64,000 bases of DNA from Longimicrobiales bacterium (GCA_965226375.1 CBDDCX010000008.1:1472001-1536000), one strand, 5' to 3'. Counted from the first letter of the stretch, positions 1-11,451 are shown. Made by a program: numbers and translations. Notes: generated by a model from the sequence alone, not told the origin.

Positions 1-2143
1 GTCTCGACGTCGGCGTCGGCCCCCTCCCATCCAGACAAAATGACCAGGGCGGTGGCCGGAAAGGCCACCTCGGCGGGGTAACGATCTCGACCGGCGTCGG
101 TCCACGTCTCAGCTCGCTCCAGATCTCCGAGATCGAGCCACACCTGGCCCAATGTGAAAATGATCTCTTTCTCCGCGTTGCTCAGGAACGGGTCGGCATC
201 CAGGGCACGCTGCGCCGCGAGGGAAGCCTGCGCGAAGTCACCACCCACACGCAGGAGATCCGCCAGAGCCACCCAAGCCAGGGCCCTCGTCGAGTCCGCC
301 TCGACGGCTGCCCTGAGGTCCTCCTCAGCGGCCTGGCGAAGCGTCCTCACCGCAGTCGAATCGGAAGCGATGGATCCCAGCCAGCTCAAGTCGTTCCGAA
401 GAACACCTCTGAGCTCCAAGGCGGTGGCATCCTGACCCTTGGTCTCGAGGGCCCTCTCGGCATGGGCAATCCCCAGCCGGAGTGCAGCCTCGTCACGACC
501 GCTCCTCGTCGCCGTCAGGCCAGCCACCGACCACCACACCCAACCCCTCTGGACCACCGGCTCAATCCAATCGGGATCGAACGACTCTGCCAAGGACAGA
601 ATCGAATCGGCCTGACTCAGGGTGCGCCGCGCCGACTCCGTATCACCCAAGCTCCAACGGAGCGTGTCGGCGGCGTCCATCAGTCGCGCTGCCCGTTGAA
701 AGGCCTCCCAGGCCTCGCCGCTTTCGGTAGCCGCGCGGACCTCCCTCAACTGAAGCCCACGACCCAGCTGTTGCCCCAGCAGGCGCGTCGCCTCTGCCAC
801 GATGTCGTCGCGAAGAGCGAGCAGGTCGTCACCCCCACGGATGATCCGCTCACTAAAGGACTGAGTCCCCGTCACACCGTCCACGAGTTGGACCGTGGCG
901 ACGAGTTGGTCCCCCGAGCGCTCGACGCTCCCCTCGACGAGACTGCCGGCTTCGAGGACCCGGGCCAAGCTGTCTATGGGAATCGGGTTGTCGCGGTACG
1001 GCTTGACCCCGTTACGCGAAACGACCCGGAGCGGCTGGATCTGCCCGAGGGCGTGGATGAGCGACTCCGTGAGTCCATCCGCCAGATAGCCCAGGTCCTG
1101 GTCGGGGCTGAGGTCGTCGAAGTAGAGCACGGCGATCTGCGTGGGATCCAGAGAGGACCCCATATCCGCGGTCGTAATCCAGGAACGCAGCGACACCGCC
1201 AGCAAAGAGACGAGGGCCGCTGCAACACCTACCCGCACCGTCCGGCTCCGTAGAGCATGCACCCGCCCATCATCCGACACCGCACGACCCTTCACCGGAG
1301 TCCCCCCGACCACCGTCCCCGCCAGCGAGTCGAGGAACGCCTTTCCTCGCGGCCAACGATCGAGCGGATCCTTCTCCATGAGCCCGCGCAGCGCATCTTC
1401 AACTAGGAGCGATACGCGCACGCCCCGTTTCGAGAGAGGCTCCGGGGTTCTGCTCAGGTGACTGAGCAGGACCGCTCTAGAGGTTTCACCCGTAAAGGGC
1501 GGAGATCCGGCGAGCATCTCATAAAACACGCATCCGAGAGAGTAGAGATCGCTCTTGCCGTCTATATCACGCTCACCGGCCGCCTGCTCCGGGCTCATAT
1601 ACGCGACGGAGCCCACCGTGAGCCCGGTCGACGTCATCCGCTCTTCATTCGCGTCACTGAGTGCTCTGGCGACCCCGAAGTCCGCAATGAGGGCATGCCC
1701 CTCCGAGAGCAAAATGTTGGCAGGCTTGATGTCACGATGCACGACACCCTGGCCGTGCGCGTAGTCGAGTCCCTCTGCCACGTCACGCACGAGCTGCAGG
1801 GCCTCATCCACCGGCAATCGGCCGTCACGATCCAGCCGGTCACGGAGCGACTCCCCCTCCACATAAGGCATCACGTAGTAGAGGAATCCGTCGGCCTCTC
1901 CAGAATCGTGGAGGGGAAGGACGTGCGGGTGGTTCAGGCGGGCGGCGATCCGGATTTCACGCAGGAAGCGCTCGATCCCACCGTCGCAGCCAACTCAGGA
2001 AGCAGCACCTTGAGCGCGACCCGACGATCGTGCTTGGTGTCCAGGGCCAGATATACCACCGCCATGCCACCCTGACCCAGCTCCCGCTCGAGCGTGTATC
2101 GCCCGGCGAGTGCATCCTTAAGGCGGTCAAAGTCCAGTAGCAT
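1..2143 (-). CDS. Ser/Thr protein kinase with TM segment, TolB-N-like domain and TPR-like C-terminus; frameshifted near 1977-1979; runs off the window edge
   Basis: The N-terminus reads [19 protein letters not shown]...VALKVL. After a frame change it continues [39 protein letters not shown], then [10 protein letters not shown]...[11 protein letters not shown]. One G is missing in GTGGG(G)ATC. Confidence 0.85.
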
Positions 2144-2217
2144 GTGTCTACCCGTGACGGATCGAGCCCCTCGCCGCCACATCGGAGCAGGTTGCCCTCG
2201 CTCGATGGTTCGGAAAG

Positions 2218-2254
2218 GAAAACACCCCAGCAACAGCTTTGCGATGACTGGGGT
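2218..2254 (-). terminator. Probable intrinsic terminator downstream of tRNA-Gln
   Basis: Minus-strand stem ACCCCAG...CTGGGGT followed by GTTTTCCTTT. Confidence 0.5.
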
Positions 2255-2262
2255 CCCGCGAG

Positions 2263-2333
2263 TTGGCCCGGATGGATTCGAACCATCACCGCCGGTGCCA
2301 AAGACCGGTGTCCTACCATTAGACGACGGGCCA
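2263..2333 (-). tRNA. tRNA-Gln(TTG), CCA end not encoded
   Basis: Cloverleaf: acceptor TGGCCCG/CGGGCCA, D-loop AATGGTAG, anticodon arm CCGGT-CTTTGGC-ACCGG, T-arm GATGG-TTCGAAT-CCATC. It lies at the usual position downstream of ispE. Confidence 0.97.
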
Positions 2334-2381
2334 CGAAGCTGTGCCTACCGGTCCAACCCTGACGCATGGATCCGGTGCACA

Positions 2382-2410
2382 ATCCTACCCGAGGGCACCA
2401 CTCGGTTCAA
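2382..2410 (-). promoter_or_regulatory. Sigma70-type promoter for tRNA-Gln
   Basis: Minus strand TTGAAC-17 bp-TAGGAT, about 50 bp upstream of the tRNA. Confidence 0.6.
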
Positions 2411-2429
2411 CCCGTAGCACCCCGGGCAT

Positions 2430-3317
2430 CTACGTCACAACAGAGGGCTTCGGCTGGAGTGCCAGCGTTTGGGTGACCACGAATTGGATGTCCGGCCAGG
2501 ACGACGACAGTGACTCGCTCGCCGACCTGGCAAGTACAGGGCCATCGAAGAGTGCGAAGAGCGCCGCACCGGTACCCGAAAGGCGGGCAGTGAGAGCGCC
2601 TTCATCCTCCATCGACCCCCGCAGCGCCCCTAGCTCTGGATGACGAGCAAAGACGGAGGACTCGAAGTCGTTCACGCAGACCTCGGCGAGTCGCTCCGAT
2701 TGCTCGAACGCTGCAAGATCGTGTGCCGACGGCGCGGCTCGCACATCGGGCTCAAGCTCCTGGAACGCATCGGCGGTAGACACCTTCAAGCGGGGAAGAG
2801 CCAACAGGACCGTCACGTCCTCGTCGGTCGGGAGGGGCAAGAGCTGCTCTCCTCTTCCCCACGCCAACGCCCGTCCGACGCCAGAAGCGAAGAACGGCAC
2901 ATCCGATCCCAGATCCGCCGCGCAACGTAGCAATTCCGACTCGGAGACCGGGTTGTCGAAAAGCATATTCAACGCCCGTAACGCGGCACCTGCATCCGAA
3001 GATCCACCGCCGAGCCCCGCCCCAGCCGGAATGTTCTTGGTCAACCGCATGTGCAGACCGACGTTCGCCGACGTGGCTTCGCGGAACCTCAGTACCGCCC
3101 GATACGCCAGATTCTCCTCAACGGGTCCGACATCGGCTCCGACCACGTCGAGTGACACCCCCTTCTCGGCACGCTCTACTCGTATCTCGTCACAAAAATC
3201 GACGGCGGCGAAGAGTGTCTCAATCTGATGATACCCCGAAATCTCCCGTGCGAGCACTCGCAGAAAGAGGTTGATCTTGGCCGGAGCACTTATATGCACC
3301 GCGTCGACTTCAGCCAC
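2430..3317 (-). CDS. ispE: 4-diphosphocytidyl-2-C-methyl-D-erythritol kinase
   Basis: APAKINLFL, KNIPAGAGLGGGSSDA, LGSDVPFF, LSGTG. The GTG start is inferred from overlap with the upstream stop. Confidence 0.95.
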   Translation of the reverse strand: MAEVDAVHISAPAKINLFLRVLAREISGYHQIETLFAAVDFCDEIRVERAEKGVSLDVVGADVGPVEENLAYRAVLRFREATSANVGLHMRLTKNIPAGAGLGGGSSDAGAALRALNMLFDNPVSESELLRCAADLGSDVPFFASGVGRALAWGRGEQLLPLPTDEDVTVLLALPRLKVSTADAFQELEPDVRAAPSAHDLAAFEQSERLAEVCVNDFESSVFARHPELGALRGSMEDEGALTARLSGTGAALFALFDGPVLARSASESLSSSWPDIQFVVTQTLALQPKPSVVT

Positions 3318-4398
3318 GATTGGTTTTCTCGGTGCCCTGGTCCGCCTGCCCAGCGGATGCCGACGACCCCGGCGAATCCATCCCAGGCTGCACGGCGGCC
3401 CTACTCCCGCGCATGTCGGCAACGGAGAAGCCCATGCGCCAGACGTAGTAGAATCCAATGATCGTGATCGGAAAGAAGCCTCCGAGGTGGTATCCGAAGG
3501 CGAAGGCCAGCGTCGCCGGAGCCGCAACGCCATAGACACCATTCAACGCCAGGTCCGCCCCGAGCTGGAAGGTGCCGAAGAAGCCGGGAGACGCCGGTAT
3601 GGCTACCGCGAAGCCCACGACGGCGGTGGTGAAGAGCGCTGCATCCAACCCCAGGTCGATCCCAAACGCCTTCATGCCCAACCAGAACGACCAACCGTGC
3701 CAGATCCAGAAGCCGTAACTCCAGAGGATCGCTTGGGTGAGGAGCCTCGGATGCCGCAGCACCTTCAGCGCATGAAGGAACGACTCGAGGGCCCCGACCA
3801 GTCGCTCACCCGTGGGTCCGGGCAGGCGTCCGCAGATCCTTTCGGCAAGGCGGACGAGCGGCTCAGGAAAAATCAGGAGTGCGACCAGACCCGCCAGGAA
3901 TACCGCAAGCATTACGAAGGTCGCCTTGAGAATCGTCCCGCCCGCCCCGGCCAGAAAATCCGCGGTACCTGGAAACGACGGCAGAGCCATGGGCACAAGG
4001 AACAGGGTCACGAGCACCAGCGAGTCCAGGAAGCGCTCGACCACCAGGCTGCCGAAGGCCCCCGAGACCGTGACCTTCTCGGCCCTGCTCAACGCGAACG
4101 GCCTAGCGATCTCTCCGAGTCTCGCGGGGAAGACGTTGTTGACGGCAAAGCCGATGCAGATAGCGGCGAACCGAGACCGAACCCGAGTGACGGGGGCCAC
4201 CGGCTGGAGCAGCACGTTCCAACGGAGCGCCCGGATGAAATAGCCGAACATGCCTACGACCATGGAAGCCAGGAAGTACCAGGGATTCGCCCGCGAAATC
4301 TGCGCGACGATTTCCCCGGGGTCCTCGCCCCGGAGTACCCACCAAATGAAGAAGGCGCTGACGCCTACTCCGAGCACCACCTTCCAGTTCAGCCTCAA
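3310..4398 (-). CDS. Lysylphosphatidylglycerol synthase TM-like (UPF0104) membrane protein / putative flippase
   Basis: Multi-pass hydrophobic protein with [30 protein letters not shown]. Confidence 0.8.
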   Translation of the reverse strand: MRLNWKVVLGVGVSAFFIWWVLRGEDPGEIVAQISRANPWYFLASMVVGMFGYFIRALRWNVLLQPVAPVTRVRSRFAAICIGFAVNNVFPARLGEIARPFALSRAEKVTVSGAFGSLVVERFLDSLVLVTLFLVPMALPSFPGTADFLAGAGGTILKATFVMLAVFLAGLVALLIFPEPLVRLAERICGRLPGPTGERLVGALESFLHALKVLRHPRLLTQAILWSYGFWIWHGWSFWLGMKAFGIDLGLDAALFTTAVVGFAVAIPASPGFFGTFQLGADLALNGVYGVAAPATLAFAFGYHLGGFFPITIIGFYYVWRMGFSVADMRGSRAAVQPGMDSPGSSASAGQADQGTEKTNRG

Positions 4399-5138
4399 GC
4401 GCGGTCCACTCCACGCCTGGCGGCCTTGATCAGCTCACCCATCTCGCGCACCGCCCGCTCCATACCGACCAGAACCGCACGAGAAATGATGGAGTGACCG
4501 ATGTTCAATTCCTCGATGAGTTCGATGGCCGCTACCGGCGTGACATTCTCGTACGTCAGCCCGTGTCCGGCGTGAACCGACAGGCCGAGACTCGACGCAA
4601 GTGTCGACGCGTCGGCCAGTCGGGCAAGTTGGACTTCACCTTCCGCAGTGGTCCAGGTGTTGGCGTACTCACCCGTGTGAAGCTCAACGGCGTCGACACC
4701 CAGATCGGCCGACGTCCGGACCACATCCTCGTCGGGATCGATGAACAGTGCCGTGCGTATGCCGGCTTCGCTCAGTCGCTCGAGGGCCGCCTCCGTCGAA
4801 GCACGAACCCCGTCGTCTCGCAACGCCAGCCCCCCCTCGGTCGTTACTTCCTCTCGCTTCTCCGGTACCAGAGTCGCCTGCATCGGCAGCAGCTCACAAG
4901 CGATGTCCAGGACATCCGTGGCCGTAGCGAGCTCGAGGTTGATCCCGGTGCGAGCAGTCTTCATCAGGAGCCGGACATCTCTCTCATTGACGTGACGACG
5001 ATCTTCACGCAGGTGCACCGTGATCCCGTGGGCGCCCGCCAACTCCACCAATACTGCGGCGCGAACCGGATCGGGCTCGTCCGTGCGCCGGGCTTCACGG
5101 ACGGTAGCGACATGGTCGATGTTGACGTAGAACCTCAT
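4395..5138 (-). CDS. pdxJ: Pyridoxine 5'-phosphate synthase
   Basis: [42 protein letters not shown]. Confidence 0.97.
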   Translation of the reverse strand: MRFYVNIDHVATVREARRTDEPDPVRAAVLVELAGAHGITVHLREDRRHVNERDVRLLMKTARTGINLELATATDVLDIACELLPMQATLVPEKREEVTTEGGLALRDDGVRASTEAALERLSEAGIRTALFIDPDEDVVRTSADLGVDAVELHTGEYANTWTTAEGEVQLARLADASTLASSLGLSVHAGHGLTYENVTPVAAIELIEELNIGHSIISRAVLVGMERAVREMGELIKAARRGVDRA

Positions 5139-6004
5139 CGCTCGACCTCGAACAGTTTCCAAACCGAATGCATGGCTTCCTCATTGATGTCGTCGGGTCC
5201 CAAGAGCTCGATCAGCTCCCGGCCGAGGACCTTATAGAGTTCCCCCGATCGCGGATCGACACTTCTCAAGTGCAGACTGAGCGTCTCGACCTCGCCTCGG
5301 GTTATCGGTCCCACCAGGGCTCGTTCCAAGCCCATTTCCTCGATGTTGTCGATAGTCCCGCGCGCCAGGGCGAGCAACGCGACCTTAGCGTCTTCACCGG
5401 ACACCCCCGCCGACCCGAGCATTCGATAGGCCGACGCCAGTACGACAGCAAGATAGTTCGATCCCAGTATAGCTGCCGCATGCTGGCTGGGACGGTATCG
5501 GGCGGGCACCGAAAGTGCCCGACACCCCAGAACGCCCAGGAGTCGCTGGGCCACCTGTAGAGCAGGCGGCTCTCCCGCAATCGAGACGGACGATCCTGCA
5601 AGTCGCTCAGCCCCGGTGACAGAGTGGGCCACGGTCTGGAGGGGATAGAACGAGCCCACGTTGTAACCCACGGCGTGAAGAGGGCTCAGCGCGTCGGTAC
5701 TGAGGGCACCGGACATGTGGAACGCGGCGCAACGCTCCGGCGCTTCCCCCTGTGCCGCGATCGCTCGCGCGATCTCTGGAATCACGTCGTCCGGAACGGC
5801 CAGAAAGACAGCCGTCGTCCCCGGAGAAGGCCGTTCCAGCCCGAACACGTAGCGGGCCACACCCTGGTTGAAGAGCGGATGTGATGGTGGCTCGGGGCGG
5901 CGTCCTTGGTACTCGAGGCTCTCCACACCATCGGCCTGCCAAAGAGCCAGTCCCAGCGCGAGCCCAAGCCTTCCGGGGCCCACGATTACCAGGCGGTCGG
6001 TCAT
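5135..6004 (-). CDS. Rossmann-like + DUF2520 oxidoreductase (PanG-like)
   Basis: [33 protein letters not shown]. Confidence 0.8.
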   Translation of the reverse strand: MTDRLVIVGPGRLGLALGLALWQADGVESLEYQGRRPEPPSHPLFNQGVARYVFGLERPSPGTTAVFLAVPDDVIPEIARAIAAQGEAPERCAAFHMSGALSTDALSPLHAVGYNVGSFYPLQTVAHSVTGAERLAGSSVSIAGEPPALQVAQRLLGVLGCRALSVPARYRPSQHAAAILGSNYLAVVLASAYRMLGSAGVSGEDAKVALLALARGTIDNIEEMGLERALVGPITRGEVETLSLHLRSVDPRSGELYKVLGRELIELLGPDDINEEAMHSVWKLFEVER

Positions 6005-7302
6005 GTCGTGGTACCGTGCTCCCGGACCAACTCGAGCCCTTCGATCTGAGCGAGTCGACCCCACAGCGCGGGGGTAACCCTGATCTCGAGCTCGATCGTG
6101 GTCCCGTTATGCGATTGCTCCAGCACCTCCCCCTCCCTGTGTAGCAAGGCCAGAGTCTGACCGTCCTGAGCGGCGACACGCACGGAGAGGTGCTGCAGCC
6201 CGCCACGTATGCGCGCCTTGAGGACCGATTTAAGGCCTTCGAGCGTCTGGGTGTCCAGAGCGGACACGAATACTGCGGGGGTGGGCTCGAGCGCTCGCGT
6301 CCGCTGACCGAGGGCATCTTCCTCGCGGTGTGTCAGGCGATCGATCTTGTTGAAGGCCAGCACCTGCGGACGATCGGCCAGATCGAGCGTATTCAGTACT
6401 TCCTCGACGACCTCCTTCTGCTCCTCCCAGTCCGGATGGGAAGCATCGATAACATGTAGAAGGAGGTTGGCCTCGCGGGCCTCTTCGAGCGTCGATCGGA
6501 AGGAAGCGACCAGGTGGTGAGGCAGCTTTCGAATGAACCCCACCGTATCGGTCACCAGAACCTCGAAGCCGTCCCCGAGAGGCACGGATCGGGTCGCGGA
6601 GTCCAGCGTGGCAAAGAGCCGGTCCTCGACAAAGAGGTCCGACCCCGACAGAGCGCGCAGAAGGGAAGATTTACCGGCATTGGTATAGCCCACGAGTGCC
6701 ACTCGAAAGCTTCCGTCGCGGGACCGGCGCTGGATCTCTCGGGCACGCGCAACGCCCTCCAGCTTCTTGCGGAGATCGGCGATCCTGCGACCGATCAAGC
6801 GACGGTCCGATTCCAGCTGTGTTTCCCCCGGACCCCGGAGCCCCACACCACCACGGATTCTGGAGAGGTGGGTCCACATCCGCTTCAGTCGGGGAAGCAG
6901 GTACTGAAGCTGAGCCAGCTCGACCTGCATCTTGGACTCACTGGTGCGCGCCCGCCTGGCGAAAATATCGAGGATGAGCTCGGAACGATCCATGACCCGC
7001 ACTCCAACACGATCCTCGAGGGCCTTACCCTGCGCGGGGGTCAACTCCTCATCGAATATCACGAGGTCGGCCGACTCCGCCGTCACACGCTCACGGAGCT
7101 CGTCGACCTTACCCTGACCGATGTAGAAGCGGGGATGAGGCTTGTCGATCCACTGGCGGACAACGTCGACGACTTGCCCGCCGGCCGTGTCGGTAAGCCG
7201 CGTGAGCTCTTCGAGGTGCTCCAGAACAACACGCTCGTCGAGCGTCTTGAGCGGAGCTCCAACCAGAACAGTCCGATCGACGGGCGTCTGGTTGTCTATC
7301 AA
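6001..7302 (-). CDS. hflX: Ribosome-splitting GTPase HflX
   Basis: LILDIFARRA, RGPGETQLE, GYTNAGKSS, LFATLD, DTVGFI, NKID. Confidence 0.97.
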   Translation of the reverse strand: MIDNQTPVDRTVLVGAPLKTLDERVVLEHLEELTRLTDTAGGQVVDVVRQWIDKPHPRFYIGQGKVDELRERVTAESADLVIFDEELTPAQGKALEDRVGVRVMDRSELILDIFARRARTSESKMQVELAQLQYLLPRLKRMWTHLSRIRGGVGLRGPGETQLESDRRLIGRRIADLRKKLEGVARAREIQRRSRDGSFRVALVGYTNAGKSSLLRALSGSDLFVEDRLFATLDSATRSVPLGDGFEVLVTDTVGFIRKLPHHLVASFRSTLEEAREANLLLHVIDASHPDWEEQKEVVEEVLNTLDLADRPQVLAFNKIDRLTHREEDALGQRTRALEPTPAVFVSALDTQTLEGLKSVLKARIRGGLQHLSVRVAAQDGQTLALLHREGEVLEQSHNGTTIELEIRVTPALWGRLAQIEGLELVREHGTTT

Positions 7303-7322
7303 CTGGGTGGGAATAACGACTC

Positions 7323-8702
7323 CTAGATCTCGGGCTTTGGCGGGCGGGCGTCTTCCTTATGGGCCTTCCAGCGGTCAAGCCGATCCTTGATACTCTCCTC
7401 GAAGCCCGCCGATCCCGGATGGTAGAACGTCTGTCCAACCACCTCGTCGGGAAGGTAGTCTTGTGAGGCTATTCCCTCCGGCTCATCGGGGTCGTACCGA
7501 TACCCCTCGCCGTACCCCAGGTCCTTCATCAACTCGGTCGGAGCGTTACGAATATGCAGTGGCACCGGCGCCGACGGTGTTTCCTGAGCGCTCCGCCGAG
7601 CCGCCTTCCAGGCGACGTAGATCCGATTGGACTTGGGGGCAGATGCCAGGTAGACGGTGGCCTCCGCAAGAGCCAGCTCTCCCTCGGGGGGGCCCAAGAA
7701 ATGGAAGGCGTCCCTGGCGGCAATGGCAACGCCCAGAGCTCCCGGGTCGGCCAGTCCGATGTCTTCGCTCGCCATGCGGACCAACCGGCGCGCGAGGTAG
7801 AGAGGATCCTCCCCTCCTTCGATCATACGCGCGAGCCAGTAGAGTGCACCGTCGGGATCGCTGCCACGGACCGCCTTGTGCAGCGCCGAGATCAGGTTGA
7901 AGTGCTCCTCTCCGGACTTGTCGTACACGGCGAACCGATGTTGCACGGCCTCCTCGGCCATAGACAGGTCGACGGCGCCTCGGGCACCGGCCAGTTTGGC
8001 GGCCGTTTCCAGAATACCCAACCCCCTCCGAGCGTCCCCATCGGCCGCGGGAGCCATGGCCTCCAGGGCGTCCGACTCCACTCGGAGATCCAGTGGGCCC
8101 AGACCGCGTTCTACGTCCTCCAGAGCCGTGCGGAGGATGTCGGCAATGTCTTCGGGAGAAAGCGGCTTCAGCGCGAACACCGGAGCTCGGGAAAGGAGCG
8201 GGCGTACGATTTCGAAGCTCGGGTTTTCGGTCGTGGCGCCGATCAGCACGACCGTGCCACTCTCCACATGAGGCAGGAACGCGTCCTGCTGGGCTTTGTT
8301 GAAGCGGTGAATTTCGTCACAGAACAGGATCGTGCTCCTGTTGGTGGCCCTCCGCCGCTCCTTCGCTTCTTTGATGACCTCCCGTACCCTGGCCACCCCC
8401 TCGGTCACGGCCGAGAAAGCTACGAACGCAGCGTCTGTTCTGTCGGCCACCAACCGTGCCAACGTCGTCTTTCCGCTGCCGGGTGGCCCCCACAGGATCA
8501 TGCTCCCCGGGGCACCCTGTTCGATCTGGGAACGCAGAGCCTTGCCTGGCCCGAGCACATGTTCCTGGCCCTTGAACTCCTCCAGGGTCCGCGGACGCAT
8601 CCGTGCGGCCAGTGGAGAGTCGGGGTCGACCACGGGCAAGGAGCCTCCTGCCCCGGCACGCTTAGCGGACTCGCTCTGCGGAAACAGGCTGAGATCACTC
8701 AT
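7323..8702 (-). CDS. rarA: Replication-associated recombination protein A (MgsA/RarA AAA+ ATPase)
   Basis: PLAARMRP, GPPGSGKTT, DEIHRFNKAQQD, GATTENP, ISALHKAVRGSD, ASEDIGLAD. Confidence 0.95.
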   Translation of the reverse strand: MSDLSLFPQSESAKRAGAGGSLPVVDPDSPLAARMRPRTLEEFKGQEHVLGPGKALRSQIEQGAPGSMILWGPPGSGKTTLARLVADRTDAAFVAFSAVTEGVARVREVIKEAKERRRATNRSTILFCDEIHRFNKAQQDAFLPHVESGTVVLIGATTENPSFEIVRPLLSRAPVFALKPLSPEDIADILRTALEDVERGLGPLDLRVESDALEAMAPAADGDARRGLGILETAAKLAGARGAVDLSMAEEAVQHRFAVYDKSGEEHFNLISALHKAVRGSDPDGALYWLARMIEGGEDPLYLARRLVRMASEDIGLADPGALGVAIAARDAFHFLGPPEGELALAEATVYLASAPKSNRIYVAWKAARRSAQETPSAPVPLHIRNAPTELMKDLGYGEGYRYDPDEPEGIASQDYLPDEVVGQTFYHPGSAGFEESIKDRLDRWKAHKEDARPPKPEI

Positions 8703-10047
8703 ATATCACTCGATCCTCAGAAGACGTCTCGGACGCCTCTGACGCGAGTCCATCCTCCCTGATCAACGCTTCGAGCAGGATGCGGGTGTTCGCCTCGGGA
8801 TACTCCAATACGTGCTCCAGCAACCGCTCGAAGATCTCACCGAAACTGGGGCCCGGAGTGAGCCCCATGGCCTGGAGATGTCCGCCGTTCAGGGCCAGGT
8901 CCGAAATCGAGAGAGGCGGCTTGGTCCGCAAGACGGCTCGAATCGATGCGATGCGCTTGACGACCGGGTCCGCTGGCGCGGACTCGGAGTCGCCGACCGA
9001 ATCGAGTCGGGCATGCGCCTCGGCCAACCAGATCCTGGCAAGGTCCGGGAAGAGCGCCGGGTCCGTCCGGTTGAGCCAGCGGCGAATGTCGGCAGGCACC
9101 TCGGAGGGAGTCCCAAGCGTCCTGTTGGCCACCAGGCTGGAGACCCGCTTCGTATCCGTTTTAGAGCACCTGAGGCGATCCATTACACCCTCAACCGTGG
9201 AGCGCGCCATTCGGGCGTCCATCTCTCCCTCACCGGCCAGAGGCGAAAGGAGGATCGCGAGTCGCACGAGAGGTCTTCTCCGTGGCACGGCATCGCACGC
9301 CTTCAATACTCCCTCGAGCGGGAACGAACCGGAGTCGGCCGTGGCTTCGGCCAACTCGGGATACAATTCCTCCAGAGCTCCGGATCGGGCGTAGAGGTGC
9401 AACGCGATCGACGGCTGCTCGGCCTGCGAGAGGACCTTCATGAGCTCCTCCTGAACCCGCTCGGCCGACAGCGCGTGAAGCTCGGGCACCGCATCACAAA
9501 GGGCCCGCCAGGTATCCTCTTCGATGGCGAACCCGAACTGACCCGAAAAGCGCAGGGCCCTCAACACACGCAGCAGGTCCTCGGCAAAGCGTTCGGCCGG
9601 AACACCCACCGTGCGGACGATCTTCGCTTCCAGGTCGGCTGCCCCCTCGGCAGGGTCCAGTAGCTCGCCGCGCAGCGGGTGCCAAGCGATGGCGTTGAAG
9701 GTGAAGTCCCGCCGAGCAAGATCCTCCTCAATGTCGTCGGCGAACTCCACCACGGCGCGGCGTCCGAACGTCTCGACGTCACGGCGGAAGGTCGTGACCT
9801 CATAGAGCGTCCCGCCGCCTGCCAGAACTCCCACCGTGCCGTGATCGACACCGATCGGCACCGTCCGTGAGAAGGTGGCCATGATCTCCCCCGGCGTCGC
9901 CCTCGTGGCCAAATCCCAGTCCCCCGCCACCTGTCCGAGCAGAAGGTTTCGGATGGCGCCCCCCACCACCCACGTCTCGAACCCGGCGTCTTCCAACGTG
10001 GTGGTTATCCACAGAACCGCTTCCGGAGCAGTGGGGGAGAAGTCCAC
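8695..10047 (-). CDS. cca: CCA tRNA nucleotidyltransferase (class II)
   Basis: VGGAIRN, DWDLAT, EVTTFR, DLARRDFTFNA, RFAEDLLRVLRALRF. The start is inferred. Confidence 0.85.
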   Translation of the reverse strand: MDFSPTAPEAVLWITTTLEDAGFETWVVGGAIRNLLLGQVAGDWDLATRATPGEIMATFSRTVPIGVDHGTVGVLAGGGTLYEVTTFRRDVETFGRRAVVEFADDIEEDLARRDFTFNAIAWHPLRGELLDPAEGAADLEAKIVRTVGVPAERFAEDLLRVLRALRFSGQFGFAIEEDTWRALCDAVPELHALSAERVQEELMKVLSQAEQPSIALHLYARSGALEELYPELAEATADSGSFPLEGVLKACDAVPRRRPLVRLAILLSPLAGEGEMDARMARSTVEGVMDRLRCSKTDTKRVSSLVANRTLGTPSEVPADIRRWLNRTDPALFPDLARIWLAEAHARLDSVGDSESAPADPVVKRIASIRAVLRTKPPLSISDLALNGGHLQAMGLTPGPSFGEIFERLLEHVLEYPEANTRILLEALIREDGLASEASETSSEDRVIYE

Positions 10048-10808
10048 TACCCGGCCAACACCGCTCCCCCATTGACGTTGAGAATCTCGCCGGTGATGTG
10101 GCGCGCCAAGGGTGAGCAGAGAAAGACGATAGGTCCGGCGATGTCTTCGGCGGTTGCGATCCGGCCCAGCGGGATCGTGCCTTCGATGCGGGCTCGGTCG
10201 TCCGCGTCCATAACCGGGTGGACCATCTCGGTGTCGATCCAACCCGGAGCTACAGCGTTGACCGTCACACCCCTCGGGGCCAATTCGACGCAGAGACCTT
10301 TGACCAGTGAGATCATACCTCCCTTAGCGGCCGCATAGTCTCCGTGATAGGCCTCGCCCCGCTGGCCCGCCGTGGAGCTTACCAGAACCATGGCTCCACC
10401 GGGCCGCAGCCGGCGGGCCGCCTCCCGCGAGGTATAGAAAATCGAGTCCAGGTTGCAGGCCAGCGTCTTCCGCCACTGACTCTCGTCCATGTCGGCGAGG
10501 GCGACATCTTCGGCAATCCAGATCCCCGCATTGCCGACGAAGAAATCAAGCCCGTCGAACTCCCGATCTGCCCGCTCGAAGAGTCGGCCTGCGTCCTCTG
10601 AGCGAGAGAGATCTCCGACCTCGGCCCAGGCCTTCACGCCCAGGCCGGCGAGCTCCTCCACAACGTCCAGCGCGTCCTGTTCGCGAGTGCGATAGGCGAT
10701 TCCGACGTGGACACCGGCCTTGGCAAGCAGTCGCGCCGTGGCGCGCCCGACCCCGCGGGAGCCGCCCGTAACGACCGCGGTCCTCCCCTTCAGATCGATG
10801 AGTGACAT
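10047..10808 (-). CDS. SDR family oxidoreductase (FabG-like)
   Basis: TGGSRGVG, NAG, YAAAK, VNAVAPG. Confidence 0.9.
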   Translation of the reverse strand: MSLIDLKGRTAVVTGGSRGVGRATARLLAKAGVHVGIAYRTREQDALDVVEELAGLGVKAWAEVGDLSRSEDAGRLFERADREFDGLDFFVGNAGIWIAEDVALADMDESQWRKTLACNLDSIFYTSREAARRLRPGGAMVLVSSTAGQRGEAYHGDYAAAKGGMISLVKGLCVELAPRGVTVNAVAPGWIDTEMVHPVMDADDRARIEGTIPLGRIATAEDIAGPIVFLCSPLARHITGEILNVNGGAVLAG

Positions 10809-10857
10809 GTCGGTCCCCTCCGATTAGCCACTGTCCAAATTTCGACCCCGACTCTGA

Positions 10858-11451
10858 TCATCCGGCTTCTCCGGAAAGGGTCTCGTCAACACGGTCGCAG
10901 ACCGCATGCCCAATGGCGAGATGAAGCTCCTGCGCTCGGGCTGTGTTTTCCGTGGGCACGATTACGGCAACGTCCACGACATCCTTGAGCCGGCCGCCTC
11001 CCTTCGCGAGCAATGCTACCGTACGGAGTCCGGCACGTCGTGCCGCTCTCGCGGCTCGAATCAAGTTTTCGGACTCGCCGCTCGTAGAATGGACAAAGAG
11101 GAGATCGCCTGGTCGGCCCAACGCCTCCACCTGCCGGGCAAACACTTCTTCGAAGCCGAGATCATTCCCGCCGGCGGTGAGAATCGAACTGTCGGTCGTG
11201 AGCGCCACCGCCCTCAGGGGGCCTCTATTCCGACGAAACCGGATCACATACTCAGCAGCAAGGTGCTGCGCGTCGGCGGCGGAACCGCCGTTTCCACAGA
11301 AGAGCAGGGTGCCATCGGCCGCCAGGGTCTCCAAGACCATGGACGTCAGCGTGTCGACCTCTCCGGCCAGCTCGCGCGCACAAGTCGCCGACAGCTCCGC
11401 GAGCTCGAGAAGCTCGCCTGATTCCTGCTCTTGGTCCGACAAGTGGCTCAC
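10858..11451 (-). CDS. gmhA: D-sedoheptulose-7-phosphate isomerase
   Basis: CGNGGSAADAQH, STSGES, ARAQELH. Confidence 0.92.
   Translation of the reverse strand: MSHLSDQEQESGELLELAELSATCARELAGEVDTLTSMVLETLAADGTLLFCGNGGSAADAQHLAAEYVIRFRRNRGPLRAVALTTDSSILTAGGNDLGFEEVFARQVEALGRPGDLLFVHSTSGESENLIRAARAARRAGLRTVALLAKGGGRLKDVVDVAVIVPTENTARAQELHLAIGHAVCDRVDETLSGEAG

Noticed and set aside
1970..1985. Programmed ribosomal frameshifting at the kinase lesion (and at the pruA lesion near 53549)
   Set aside because: No slippery heptamer or stimulatory structure is evident; simple indels are more parsimonious.
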